Virus record (IMG/VR): IMGVR_UViG_3300025840_004398 | Source of the DNA: a virus | Lineage: Duplodnaviria; Caudoviricetes | DNA: 64,000 nucleotides | Reading direction: 5' to 3' (one strand) | In this document: in pieces, positions 47,972 through 58,509 of the stretch | Numbering within the stretch: position 1 is the first letter of the stretch | Layout of the letters: each line of letters opens with the position of its first letter | Program-made: the position numbers and the translations under genes | The notes under the pieces: model-generated | Databases searched by the model: none | What the model was told of the DNA's origin: nothing | What the model saw: only the letters and a program-made list of their open reading frames with translations

Positions 47972-48801
47972 ATTTGGTTACAGTTGTAGGACACAATACT
48001 ACACTTCTTCCCCATATGTTAAATCATTATAAAGATATCGTTGATGATATCTATGTTGTTGTTTACAGACAACACGAACTAGATGGTATTTTAGAAGATG
48101 TAATCAATCTTGGTATTGAACCTTACAAAGTAGTTACAGAACCAAAGTTTAATTGGGAACGAGTAACCGAATTATATAACGAAGTTAAACAAACCAAGCC
48201 CGATGAATGGTGGGTGGTTTCGGATGACGATGAGTTCCACATTTACCCCAAACCAATCAGAGAAATGATTAATGAGTGTGAGGAAAATGGTTGGGAGTTT
48301 ATTACAGGTGGATTCCTCGATAGGATAGGAGAGGGGGGAGAGTTTCCTTTAGTAGAAAAGGATACTAATATTTGGGAAAAGTTCCCACTTGCAGGATTTT
48401 TTAGATTTCCTATGAGTGGGGCAATGCCTAACAAATGTTGTATAATGAAAGGTTCAGTTGATGTAACACCAGGTCAACACTTTGCTGTGATTGGTGATAC
48501 CGATACTTGGAGAGAACGAGGATGGAATCATCCTAAAAGATATCCTATTGAAAACGGATTTGTTCAAGTTCACCACTTCAAGTGGGACTCAACTGTTTTA
48601 AAGAGGCTTAAAGAAGTTTCGGAAACAAAAGAAGATTATACATATTGGAAAGAATATCGTAAAATGTATAGAGGGATACAACTAAACGATTGGAAAATTG
48701 ATGTTGATAATCCTGAATTTAGGTTACAAAAAATGATTCGTAAGAATTATAGTGAGTATGGTGAATGGCAAGAACTCACTAATGTTATAATCAATATATG
48801 A
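47959..48801 (+). CDS. GT-A glycosyltransferase (GT2-like, Glyco_tranf_2_4 type)
   Basis: LLPHMLNHY..IYVV; WWVVSDDDEF (DxD); HHFKW. Confidence 0.75.
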   Translation: MQNINLVTVVGHNTTLLPHMLNHYKDIVDDIYVVVYRQHELDGILEDVINLGIEPYKVVTEPKFNWERVTELYNEVKQTKPDEWWVVSDDDEFHIYPKPIREMINECEENGWEFITGGFLDRIGEGGEFPLVEKDTNIWEKFPLAGFFRFPMSGAMPNKCCIMKGSVDVTPGQHFAVIGDTDTWRERGWNHPKRYPIENGFVQVHHFKWDSTVLKRLKEVSETKEDYTYWKEYRKMYRGIQLNDWKIDVDNPEFRLQKMIRKNYSEYGEWQELTNVIINI

Positions 48802-50267
48802 AAGATAAATTAGCAATCATACTTCCATTTAGAGATAGACAAGACCACTTGGATGTCTTTGTACCACATATGCACGAGTTCCTCAAAGATAAAGGAATAG
48901 ACTATACTATTTTTATTGCCGAACAAACCGATGATAGACCTTTCAATTATGGTAAACTATGTAATGTAGTTACCAAAGAAATTGGTGAGGAATATACTTA
49001 CTTTGCTTTTCATGATATTGATATGTTACCTATTTCAGATGATTGTGATTATTCGTATCCAGACGAACCAACTCATTTATCAACTAATGTAGAATCACAC
49101 GAGAATAAATTACCTTACCCACAATATTTCGGTGGTGTTGTTTTAATTAATCGAGAAGATTTTGAAAACGCAAATGGGTATTCAAATGAATATTGGGGTT
49201 ATGGTTTTGAAGATTTAGATTTATTGAGAAGATTAGAAAAAAGTGGTGCTTATCTCGAAAAATTTTATGATTCAAATCAAACATATAACGAATATGATGA
49301 GAATGATATTTTACCATATCGTATAGAAAATGTAAAAATTATAAATAAGAAAATAACAAATAAATTACACACAATACAGTTAAATAAAAATGATAGAATT
49401 TATTCGGTTCAAAATAAAAAAATGAAATCATTGACGTCTGGTAGTTTTACTATAACTTTATGGTTTAATGATATAGACAGTGAGCTTAGAGATAAAAATA
49501 TATTTTCATTTGAAGGATGTGATATGGGTGTGTTTTTATCTAATGGGAAGTATATTATATCACAGATTTGGGATAATAAAGAAAATAATTACGAAACATC
49601 TTTACCATATTACAAAGATAAATGGAATTTTATTATATTGTCATATGATAACAAAACAAAAAATCTTACATTATCGTTAAATAACAAATACATTAATACA
49701 TTGGATTTACCATCTAAATTTGAAATATTTGACTACTCCGATAAAAAAATTAAAATATCAGATTTAGAAACTGAAATTCAAATAGCGAATGTCATAATAT
49801 TTGACCAACTATTAGACGATACCATAAAAACTGAATTATACTATAATGGGGTTGAATCTCTATCTAATATAATTGATATTAAAAAAATAGAACCAACAAA
49901 CATAATATTATTTAAATCCACTTATGGTAAAAATTTTTTTATAGATAATGGTAAATATGGAAACCATTTACAGTTTTTTGGAAACCCATCATCCGATACT
50001 TATAGTATTTCACTAACAGATGAATTGTATTTGCCTTTTAGAATTGAAGGTAAATATAAATCACTTTCACACGACAATGACGATAACATTATAGATAGAT
50101 ACTATGAATATAATCCTGATGTTGAAGAAAATGCAGATATTTTCTTTCATGAAGTTTTAACTAATGAGTTGGATTATAAATCAATAGGATTGAATTCATT
50201 AAAATATGAATCAGTAAAAGAAAAAAACGAAGAATTAAATTATATTTCATTTAAAATTGTTACATAA
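48798..50267 (+). CDS. GT7 (beta-1,4-galactosyltransferase-like) with internal LamG-like domain, paralogue 1
   Basis: IILPFRDR, PFNYGKLCN, FHDIDMLP, YFGGV, YWGYGFEDLD, then a ~260-aa insert, then KSLSH...GLNSLKY. Confidence 0.88.
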   Translation: MKDKLAIILPFRDRQDHLDVFVPHMHEFLKDKGIDYTIFIAEQTDDRPFNYGKLCNVVTKEIGEEYTYFAFHDIDMLPISDDCDYSYPDEPTHLSTNVESHENKLPYPQYFGGVVLINREDFENANGYSNEYWGYGFEDLDLLRRLEKSGAYLEKFYDSNQTYNEYDENDILPYRIENVKIINKKITNKLHTIQLNKNDRIYSVQNKKMKSLTSGSFTITLWFNDIDSELRDKNIFSFEGCDMGVFLSNGKYIISQIWDNKENNYETSLPYYKDKWNFIILSYDNKTKNLTLSLNNKYINTLDLPSKFEIFDYSDKKIKISDLETEIQIANVIIFDQLLDDTIKTELYYNGVESLSNIIDIKKIEPTNIILFKSTYGKNFFIDNGKYGNHLQFFGNPSSDTYSISLTDELYLPFRIEGKYKSLSHDNDDNIIDRYYEYNPDVEENADIFFHEVLTNELDYKSIGLNSLKYESVKEKNEELNYISFKIVT

Positions 50268-50268
50268 G

Positions 50269-50502
50269 ATGACAGAAGAACAATTCAAACAATTGATGGA
50301 GGTTCTAAACGATATACTCGAATCAACTCAGAATATTGAAGATGCAATCTACGATGCAAACTTCAAAGAACACAATGAGAAAGTAGAGTGGAATCTATGG
50401 GAAATCCATAACTTAGCAAAAATTAAATTTAAAGGTTCAGAAAATAGACCATCACGAGATGCAGAGAGAACGCAGGAATCGGAGGAAAGTTCAGAATCAT
50501 AA
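50269..50502 (+). CDS. small acidic hypothetical protein
   Basis: Start MTEEQFKQ at 50269; 3' end overlaps the next ORF by 44 nt. Confidence 0.6.
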   Translation: MTEEQFKQLMEVLNDILESTQNIEDAIYDANFKEHNEKVEWNLWEIHNLAKIKFKGSENRPSRDAERTQESEESSES

Positions 50503-51898
50503 ATTAGGTATTATAGTTCCATACAGAGATAGACCTCAACAACTAAAGAGGTTCGTCAAACATATGGGAGAATATCTAACTGATTTGGACTATCAAATAT
50601 TCATCATCGAACAATCAGATGGTAAGCCATTTAATCGTGGTAAACTTCTGAATATTGGATACAAATTCGCATGCGATAATGGATGTGATTATTTTGTATT
50701 TCATGATGTTGATATGTTACCTGAGGATGTAGATTATTCTTATTCAGATAAACCTTTACATTTAGCAACTCACTTACAAGAACACGATTACGAAACCACA
50801 TTCTTTGATTACTTTGGTGGAGTAACTATGTTCAACAAAGAAGATTTCGAATTGATAAACGGATTCTCCAACGAATATTGGGGTTGGGGATTCGAAGATG
50901 ATGACCTACTGATTAGATGTATTGAATCTGATTTAGAAATAGATAAAGAGTGTATTCAAAAAGAATATGATATTACTGAATATGAGTCTTTTAAATTCAA
51001 TGGTACAAGTTCATTTATAAAAATTAAATCGGATGATAGTAAATTATTAGAAGATAGTTTTACCTTATCTGTTCTCGTAAAACCAGAAAATATTTTACTC
51101 AATGAAAACAAAGAATATGATGAGTTTCCAATATTAGTAATACCTGGATATGACATTGGGTTCTTTTACGATTCATTTAGAAGATTTAGATGCCAGATTT
51201 ATGATAAAAATAAAAAACCATATTCTATAACATCAGATATTATAGGAGAATCTTGGTTACATTTAACGATGACGTATGAAGATAGAAAACTATCATTGTA
51301 TATTGACGGTAAACTATATAACACAATTATAACCGATGATGATTTAATAGAAATATCAAGTGATATTATTTTTGTAGGTACATCGAGTGATGTGAAAACA
51401 AATAATAATTTCTTTTATGGATTAATATCAAATGTTGAGGCTTACGAAATATCACTTGTAAAAGATGAGGTTTATGAAATATATAAAAATTCAAAATATC
51501 CTAAGATTAGAAATTTTGGAAAATTTTATGCATCTGAATACTTGGTAAATCATATTTTACCTGAAAATTCTAATGAAGAATATTGTATAGATTTATCTGG
51601 TAATGGTAAAGTAGAATTAAATGATGTTGGTATAATAAAATTAAAGAATAATCAAAAAACTTTTTTACCAAAGCCGTATCGTAGAAACTCAAGATTTAAA
51701 TCATTAGTTCATAAATCAAATTCTTCTGTTGGAAATAAATGGATTCATGGTGAAACACGAAAAAATCAATTAAAATATTACAACAAAATAAGACAACATG
51801 AAGTAGATTTTAGAATAGATGGACTGAATACATTGCGATATAAATTGGTAAAGGAAAAAGAAAATAAAAAAGTAAAACAAATATCAGTAGAGTTATGA
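50459..51898 (+). CDS. GT7 with internal LamG-like domain, paralogue 2 (start uncertain)
   Basis: IIVPYRDR, PFNRGKLLNIG, FHDVDMLP, YFGGV, YWGWGFEDDDL, insert, KSLVH...DGLNTLRY. Confidence 0.9.
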   Translation: MQRERRNRRKVQNHKLGIIVPYRDRPQQLKRFVKHMGEYLTDLDYQIFIIEQSDGKPFNRGKLLNIGYKFACDNGCDYFVFHDVDMLPEDVDYSYSDKPLHLATHLQEHDYETTFFDYFGGVTMFNKEDFELINGFSNEYWGWGFEDDDLLIRCIESDLEIDKECIQKEYDITEYESFKFNGTSSFIKIKSDDSKLLEDSFTLSVLVKPENILLNENKEYDEFPILVIPGYDIGFFYDSFRRFRCQIYDKNKKPYSITSDIIGESWLHLTMTYEDRKLSLYIDGKLYNTIITDDDLIEISSDIIFVGTSSDVKTNNNFFYGLISNVEAYEISLVKDEVYEIYKNSKYPKIRNFGKFYASEYLVNHILPENSNEEYCIDLSGNGKVELNDVGIIKLKNNQKTFLPKPYRRNSRFKSLVHKSNSSVGNKWIHGETRKNQLKYYNKIRQHEVDFRIDGLNTLRYKLVKEKENKKVKQISVEL

Positions 51899-52305
51899 GT
51901 GAAACACCAGAAATAGGAATAATTGCAGGTAACTTTGATGTTCTACATCCTGGTTATCTAAAGATGTTTCAAGAAATTGAAAATCATTGTGAAAAACTAT
52001 TTATATTATTACACGATGACCCAACCATTGAAAGACCACATAAGAAAAAACCAATTCTTTCGGTAAACGAAAGAAGAGAGATGTTAAAACAGTTTACATG
52101 GCACCACACTATACTTACTTATAATACAGAAGAAGAACTTCTGTTCTTAATTAAAAGTATAGACCCTGATATAAGATTCTTAGGAGATGATTATGTAGAT
52201 AAATCTTATACAGGTGATAATTTAGGAATACAAGTTCATTGGATAAATCGTTCACATGGTTGGAGTACCACAAAATTTAAACAAGCAATTGCAGATTCAA
52301 TATGA
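51895..52305 (+). CDS. cytidylyltransferase (TagD/RfaE-C-like)
   Basis: IAGNFDVLHPGY, KPILSVNERREML, GDDY, RSHGWSTT. Confidence 0.88.
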   Translation: MSETPEIGIIAGNFDVLHPGYLKMFQEIENHCEKLFILLHDDPTIERPHKKKPILSVNERREMLKQFTWHHTILTYNTEEELLFLIKSIDPDIRFLGDDYVDKSYTGDNLGIQVHWINRSHGWSTTKFKQAIADSI

Positions 52306-53750
52306 AATTAGGAGTTTGTGTACCATATAGAAATAGAGAAGCACACTTAAAAGAGTTTGTACCAAGAGTTGGTAAATATCTTGAAGAACAAGGTATAGAA
52401 TATTGTATGTACTTTGGACATCAAGTTGATGACAAACTTTTTAACAGAGGAGCAATGAAAAACATTGCAGCTAAACACGCATTTGAAGATGGGTGTGATT
52501 ATATAGTTTGGCATGATATAGATATGATACCACAAAAAGATGGAGGTGCAGACTATTCATATCCAAAAGAAAATCCAATTCATATAGCTACAAACATTTC
52601 ACAAATGAATTACAAACTAAAGTATGAAGAATATTTTGGTGGTGCTGTTTTATTTACCAAGGAACAAGTTGAAAAAACCAATGGTTATTCTAATGATTAT
52701 TGGGATTGGGGAATGGAAGATGATGATTTGTTTTGGAGATGTGTATTGGAAGGATACGCCAACGATACTTACATGGATTTTACAGAAGAACCACAATCAT
52801 ATCTATCTTTCAATGGAACCAATTCGTATGTTCACATACCATGTACAAGACCATTAAGAAACTTAACTTCTCGTTCACACACCATTTCAGTTTTAGTTCG
52901 TGCTCACCAACAAGAAGAAAAAGTTCCAATTTGGTTAGTTGGTGACGAAGAAAGACAATTCTGTGAATATCCCATTCTTAGGAGACCTGGATTTGATTAC
53001 GGATTAAGTTATAATAATTCTAGAGCTTACACCTCCCAACTTTGGAACAACCAAAGAGAACATCTTTATCAATGGATGAAAAGATATGAAAATCAATGGA
53101 GTTGGGTAACACTTGTAGTAAACGACAATAATATTCATTTCTATATGAATGGTAAAGAATCAGACGCACGATGGGGTACTGGGACTCAATCACCTCTTCA
53201 TTTTGAAGGTTCTTTAAAAAGATATGGAAATGTTGACTATTATTTAGGAACAACAACATCTGTAAAGGAAGGAGATGTGTCAAAATGGTTCAAAGGAGAT
53301 ATTGCAGATGTTAGAATGTGGAATAGAGCTTTAACATCGGAAGAAGTTAAAGAAATTTCAAAAACCATTATAGACGATAGTTTAGTAATTCATTATGATT
53401 TTTCAGATGGAACCGCAAAGGATTTAAGTGGTAGAGAAAATCATGGAACTCAATATAATTGTGAAATTAATAGTGGAAGTATAAAATTACCACATACAAT
53501 CGTTCCCCATAGAAAACCCGGTAGATTAGAATGTTTAGACCATGAAGATGAGGGTTTGGTAGTTGACAAACAAGGTATTATGAAATGGGCTAAGGGTGAA
53601 ACTACTGCTAGAAACGAAAGAAGATTTGTTAAACAGATGCAGGCTGGTGAATGGGACTATAAGTCCGATGGAATAAATTCACTTAAATATAATTTAGTCA
53701 GTATAGAAGAAATAACAGATAAGGCTAAATTTATAAATGTTACTTTATGA
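52302..53750 (+). CDS. GT7 with internal LamG-like domain, paralogue 3
   Basis: VCVPYRNR, LFNRGAMKN, WHDIDMIP, YFGGA, YWDWGMEDDDL; LamG (FKGDIADVRMWNRALTSEEV); ECLDH...DGINSLKY. Confidence 0.9.
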   Translation: MKLGVCVPYRNREAHLKEFVPRVGKYLEEQGIEYCMYFGHQVDDKLFNRGAMKNIAAKHAFEDGCDYIVWHDIDMIPQKDGGADYSYPKENPIHIATNISQMNYKLKYEEYFGGAVLFTKEQVEKTNGYSNDYWDWGMEDDDLFWRCVLEGYANDTYMDFTEEPQSYLSFNGTNSYVHIPCTRPLRNLTSRSHTISVLVRAHQQEEKVPIWLVGDEERQFCEYPILRRPGFDYGLSYNNSRAYTSQLWNNQREHLYQWMKRYENQWSWVTLVVNDNNIHFYMNGKESDARWGTGTQSPLHFEGSLKRYGNVDYYLGTTTSVKEGDVSKWFKGDIADVRMWNRALTSEEVKEISKTIIDDSLVIHYDFSDGTAKDLSGRENHGTQYNCEINSGSIKLPHTIVPHRKPGRLECLDHEDEGLVVDKQGIMKWAKGETTARNERRFVKQMQAGEWDYKSDGINSLKYNLVSIEEITDKAKFINVTL

Positions 53751-55129
53751 GTACATTTCAAGATATAAAAAATAAACTTGATGGAGTTGGTTGTGGTTTT
53801 TGTTTAGCAAAATGGACACAAGTCACTATGCATTTACACAATGGATTAACACATTCCTGTCACCACCCATCACCTCATAAAATACCTTTAAGAGAGATAG
53901 AAAGAAATCCTACCGCCCTTCACAACACAAGATTTAAAAAATCAGCTAGAAGGGAAATGTTATCCAACGAAAGACCAAAGGAGTGTGATTATTGTTGGAA
54001 TGTGGAGGATAATTCGGAAAGATTTTCAGATAGGGTATTAAAATCTTCAGAACCCTGGTCAATTGTGGATTTTGAAAAAATTAAATCATCTTCTTTTAGA
54101 GACAACTTCAATCCAAGGTACGTTGAAGTTTCTTTTTCTAACACTTGTAATTTTAAGTGCTCATATTGTTCTCCTTTATTTTCATCAAAATGGATGGAAG
54201 AAGTAAAACAATTAGGACCATACCCCACAAGTGATAAATTCGGCAGACTTGATGTATTAAAAGAAGAAAACAAAATACCATATCTACAATCTGAACATAA
54301 CCCATATGTAGAAGCATTTTGGAAATGGTGGCCTAATTTATATCGTGATTTGCATACTTTTCGAATTACTGGTGGAGAACCACTTTTATCAAAAGACACT
54401 TGGAAAGTTTTGGATTATATTATAGAAGAACCAAATCCAAATAAAAAGTTAAATCTTTCAATAAATACCAACTTAGGAATACCTGATAATTTATTTAATA
54501 AATTTATAGAAAAAATAGATAAGATTATATCTGAAGATAGGGTAAATGAATTTATAGTTTATACTTCATGTGATACTTGGGGAGAACAGGCGGAATATAT
54601 ACGAAACGGATTGGAGTTTAATAGATTTTGGGATAATATAAACATAATATTAGAAAAACTTCCAAAAGTTACTGTTGTTATAATGAGTACATATAATATG
54701 TTTTCACCATTTGGGTATAATAAACTACTTGAGGAAGTATACAAATTAAAAAAAGAATATGCCAATGATGAAAGATATTGGAATCATTCCATAATTTTAG
54801 ATACCGCATATCTAAGATATCCAAAACATCAAACAGTACAACTTTTAGATGATACTCACAAAGAAATAATAAGAAGTAATGCTGAATACGCATATTACCA
54901 TTCCTCACCTGTATTTACAAAATCAGAATTGGGATTTACTGGAGTTGAAATAAATAAAATTAAAAGAATTTATGATTGGTCTATATCAGAAATAGATAAT
55001 GAAATTTTAAACAGAGAAAGAAACAACTTTGTAAAGTTTGTTGATGCTCATGATAAGAGAAGGGGAACTAATTTTTTAAAAACATTTCCTGAGTTGGAAG
55101 ATTTATACTATAAAATAAAAAACAAATGA
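53747..55129 (+). CDS. radical SAM protein, N-terminal twitch-like module (CHH subtype)
   Basis: FCLAKW..SCHHP..ECDYCW; CNFKCSYC; ITGGEPLL; DKRRGTNFLKTFPEL. Confidence 0.9.
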   Translation: MSTFQDIKNKLDGVGCGFCLAKWTQVTMHLHNGLTHSCHHPSPHKIPLREIERNPTALHNTRFKKSARREMLSNERPKECDYCWNVEDNSERFSDRVLKSSEPWSIVDFEKIKSSSFRDNFNPRYVEVSFSNTCNFKCSYCSPLFSSKWMEEVKQLGPYPTSDKFGRLDVLKEENKIPYLQSEHNPYVEAFWKWWPNLYRDLHTFRITGGEPLLSKDTWKVLDYIIEEPNPNKKLNLSINTNLGIPDNLFNKFIEKIDKIISEDRVNEFIVYTSCDTWGEQAEYIRNGLEFNRFWDNINIILEKLPKVTVVIMSTYNMFSPFGYNKLLEEVYKLKKEYANDERYWNHSIILDTAYLRYPKHQTVQLLDDTHKEIIRSNAEYAYYHSSPVFTKSELGFTGVEINKIKRIYDWSISEIDNEILNRERNNFVKFVDAHDKRRGTNFLKTFPELEDLYYKIKNK

Positions 55130-55809
55130 TTATAGAAAAAGAAAAACCATGGTTATTGTGGCCAAGTAAATCTTCTCATGGGATATCAAAAGGAGACATA
55201 CAAAATGTTTTAGAAGGTCATGATGACTTTACTTTTAGTATGAGAATAAAAGTATTATCTAAAGAACCAAATAAAAGAACGATATTTTCAAAGTTACCTA
55301 ATTATATGGGTATAGATGTTGAAAACGAAAATAATAATATTTTATTTATTTGTACAATAAGAAAAGGTGATGTAGTTGAACCAAAGTATATTTTTTTAAA
55401 TGACACCCTTGGTTGGGATTGGAATTTTATTTCTATAAAATATTCAAAAAAATATAATCTAATAGTTTTAGATGTAAATGGTTCTATTTTACATGAACTT
55501 CAATTAAAAGAAGATGAATCAATAGAATCTTTTGATGATTCTCATTTTATATTTGGAGCTGGTAATTTTCCTCACAATGGATTTAATTTAAATTATTCTG
55601 AGTTTGATGTTGATTTTTTATGTATATCAAAAGAATATTTAGAACAAGACGATATCGAAACATTATATAAGAGTGAATCAACAGATAATAAAAATGTAAT
55701 TGGTTTGTATAATTTTAGTAAAAAAACCGATTATCAAATTTTTGATTTAACAAACAATTATAATCTAATACACAGAATGTTAGATTCAACTTCATATTTA
55801 AAAGAATGA
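55126..55809 (+). CDS. stand-alone LamG/concanavalin-like domain protein
   Basis: FTFSMRIKV..WNFISIKY..LDVNG..FIFGAG..IGLYNF..IFDLT parallels the GT7 inserts. Confidence 0.5.
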   Translation: MIIEKEKPWLLWPSKSSHGISKGDIQNVLEGHDDFTFSMRIKVLSKEPNKRTIFSKLPNYMGIDVENENNNILFICTIRKGDVVEPKYIFLNDTLGWDWNFISIKYSKKYNLIVLDVNGSILHELQLKEDESIESFDDSHFIFGAGNFPHNGFNLNYSEFDVDFLCISKEYLEQDDIETLYKSESTDNKNVIGLYNFSKKTDYQIFDLTNNYNLIHRMLDSTSYLKE

Positions 55810-57182
55810 AACACTACGAAAGTATAAAACATCAGTTAGATAGTGTATCTCCAAGTTTTTGTATAGCTAAGTGGGCTCAACTTACTTTGTATTTACAAAC
55901 GGGATACAACCATTCTTGTCACCACCCAACTCCACATAAAATTCCATTAGAAGAAGTTTTAGAAAATCCAAAGGCACTTCATAATACTCAGTTTAAAAAA
56001 GCTCAAATGAGAAAAATGTTGGAAGGTGAAAGACCTGCTGAATGTGAGTACTGTTGGAAAATAGAAGATTTGGGAAAAGGATATCTTAGTGATAGAGTCT
56101 ATAAATCAGCACATGAATTTTCACAAGAAAAGATAGAAGAAATTGTTACAAGAAAAACCGCTGATATTGAACCAAGTTATTTAGAAATTAGTTTTTCTAA
56201 CACCTGTAATCTTAAATGTGCGTATTGTTCACCTGATATATCTTCAACTTGGATGCAAGAAATAGAACAACATGGTGGTTATCCTACAACATCTAATTAT
56301 AATAATTTAGAGTGGTTTAAACAAAACCAAAAAATGCCATACAAACACTCGGAAGAAAATCCATATGTAGATGCCTTTTGGAAATGGTGGCCGGAACTAT
56401 CACCAAAATTACATACACTAAGGTTAACAGGTGGTGAACCACTTCTATCAAAAGATGTTTGGAAAATTATAGATAGTATTATAGAAAATCCAAATCCAAA
56501 GTTAGTTTTTTGTATAAACACAAACTTGTTAGTACCTGATAATTTAATTGATAAGTTAATTGAAAAATTAAATATACTTGATGGTAAATTAAAAGAGATA
56601 CAAATATTTTCTAGTGGTGAAGCAACAGGAAAATCAAATGAATACATTAGATTTGGAACTAATCATGAAAAGTGGAAGAAAAACTTTGAGAAAGTATTAT
56701 CTCAAACAAAAAATGTATTAGTTGCAAACATGACAACGGTAAACCTAACTAGTGTAAACACCTATTGTGATTTTATAAGGTATCTTTTAGATATGAGAAG
56801 TATTTATAACAAAGAAGTTACTTTTGATAAAGTACAATTTATGACCAACTATTTAAGATATCCTGAATTTTTGGCAATAACCTTATTAGATAATGAAACA
56901 AAAGATAAATTCAAATCAGACGTTGAAAAACTAATAGAAGAAAGAAAGTTTGGTAAATGGAAAGATACAGAATATGGGTATCTAACAAATGAACAAGTTG
57001 ACCAGTTGAATAGATTGATTGACCATATGTATAAAAATACATTTGAAGATGAAGAAAAGTTAAAAACTATTCGTAGAGATTTTTATTCATTTATTGTTGA
57101 ATACGACAAAAGAAGAAATACTAATTTTTTAGAAACTTTTCCTGAATTAGAAAAATTTTATAAGTTATGTCAAGAAGCTTAA
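55806..57182 (+). CDS. radical SAM protein, N-terminal twitch-like module (CHH subtype)
   Basis: FCIAKW..SCHHP..ECEYCW; CNLKCAYC; LTGGEPLL. Confidence 0.9.
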   Translation: MKHYESIKHQLDSVSPSFCIAKWAQLTLYLQTGYNHSCHHPTPHKIPLEEVLENPKALHNTQFKKAQMRKMLEGERPAECEYCWKIEDLGKGYLSDRVYKSAHEFSQEKIEEIVTRKTADIEPSYLEISFSNTCNLKCAYCSPDISSTWMQEIEQHGGYPTTSNYNNLEWFKQNQKMPYKHSEENPYVDAFWKWWPELSPKLHTLRLTGGEPLLSKDVWKIIDSIIENPNPKLVFCINTNLLVPDNLIDKLIEKLNILDGKLKEIQIFSSGEATGKSNEYIRFGTNHEKWKKNFEKVLSQTKNVLVANMTTVNLTSVNTYCDFIRYLLDMRSIYNKEVTFDKVQFMTNYLRYPEFLAITLLDNETKDKFKSDVEKLIEERKFGKWKDTEYGYLTNEQVDQLNRLIDHMYKNTFEDEEKLKTIRRDFYSFIVEYDKRRNTNFLETFPELEKFYKLCQEA

Positions 57183-58507
57183 AAGAAACATCAGATATAA
57201 TAAATTCAATATCCCCATCCTTTTGTGCAGCAAAATGGTATAACGTATCCATATGGTTGGGTAATGGAAGAACCGCTTCTTGTCATCATCCACTTGCTCA
57301 TTATATTCCAAAAATGGAATTAGACAAAAACCCCTCAGCAGTTCATAATACTAAATTTAAAAAAGAAAGAAGAAAGGAAATGCTTGAGGGAGTTAGACCC
57401 GATGAGTGTTCTTATTGTTGGACTGCCGAAGATGCTGCAAAAAAGAATGGAGAAGAAATATTTTCGGATAGAGTATATCAATCAGATAGATACACAACAG
57501 AAGAGATACTTGCTATAAAAGATATACCATGGACACGAGATGTAATTCCGAAAACAGTCGAATTGGCATTTGATAACCTATGTAACTTGGCGTGTTCTTA
57601 TTGTAATGCAGAATTTTCATCAACATGGGCAAGAGATATTGGAACAAAAGGGCCATATGAAGGAATGATAACATCTGGTGGAAAAACTTTTGAAAATGAT
57701 GGTTCTCACGCAATGCCATTTGGGAATAAAAACGAAGGAAACACTTATGTTGAAAAATTCTTTGAATGGTTTCCTATGATTAGAAGGGGACTGCAAGAAT
57801 TAAGAGTATCTGGTGGTGAACCATCTCGTTCACCTTCATTTTGGAGACTATTGGACATTTGTGATAACGATAACTTCGATTTCGCAGTAAATTCAAATTT
57901 AATTATGGATGAAGTCAGACTACAAAAATTAATAGACTCATCCGATAAATTTAAATCATTCGATATATATACTTCTGCTGAATGTGGTGGTAAATTACAA
58001 GAATTTGTAAGAGATGGATTTGATTGGAAACTGTGGGAAGATAATATGTGGAAAGTTGCCAATTCTGGTAAAATAAATGGACTACATATTATGATGACCG
58101 TATCTGTTTTGAGTGTATGGACTATTCATGAATTCTTAAAAATGATTATAGAATGGAGAAAAAAAATAGGACATAAAGAAATATTTTATATGTCCGTTAA
58201 TATAGCTAGATTCCCATCATTTCAAAATGTTAATATAATCGAACAAAGTATAAAAAACGAATTGGCAGATAAAATAGAATCTGCTCTAAATGAATCGAGA
58301 GAGTGGATGCATGAATGGGAACAAAATCACTATGAAAGATTGATTGTATATTTAAGAAACGTAGTTCAGTCATATGAAGATAAAGATACAATGGAAAATA
58401 AAAGAAGTGATTTTAAAAACTTTATACAACAATATTCTAAAAGAAGAAACAAACCACTTGATGAATATTTACCAGAAGAAACATTAACTTGGTTAAATAA
58501 TATCTAA
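57167..58507 (+). CDS. radical SAM protein, N-terminal twitch-like module (CHH subtype)
   Basis: FCAAKW..SCHHP..ECSYCW; CNLACSYC; VSGGEPS. Confidence 0.9.
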   Translation: MSRSLKETSDIINSISPSFCAAKWYNVSIWLGNGRTASCHHPLAHYIPKMELDKNPSAVHNTKFKKERRKEMLEGVRPDECSYCWTAEDAAKKNGEEIFSDRVYQSDRYTTEEILAIKDIPWTRDVIPKTVELAFDNLCNLACSYCNAEFSSTWARDIGTKGPYEGMITSGGKTFENDGSHAMPFGNKNEGNTYVEKFFEWFPMIRRGLQELRVSGGEPSRSPSFWRLLDICDNDNFDFAVNSNLIMDEVRLQKLIDSSDKFKSFDIYTSAECGGKLQEFVRDGFDWKLWEDNMWKVANSGKINGLHIMMTVSVLSVWTIHEFLKMIIEWRKKIGHKEIFYMSVNIARFPSFQNVNIIEQSIKNELADKIESALNESREWMHEWEQNHYERLIVYLRNVVQSYEDKDTMENKRSDFKNFIQQYSKRRNKPLDEYLPEETLTWLNNI

Positions 58508-58509
58508 CT

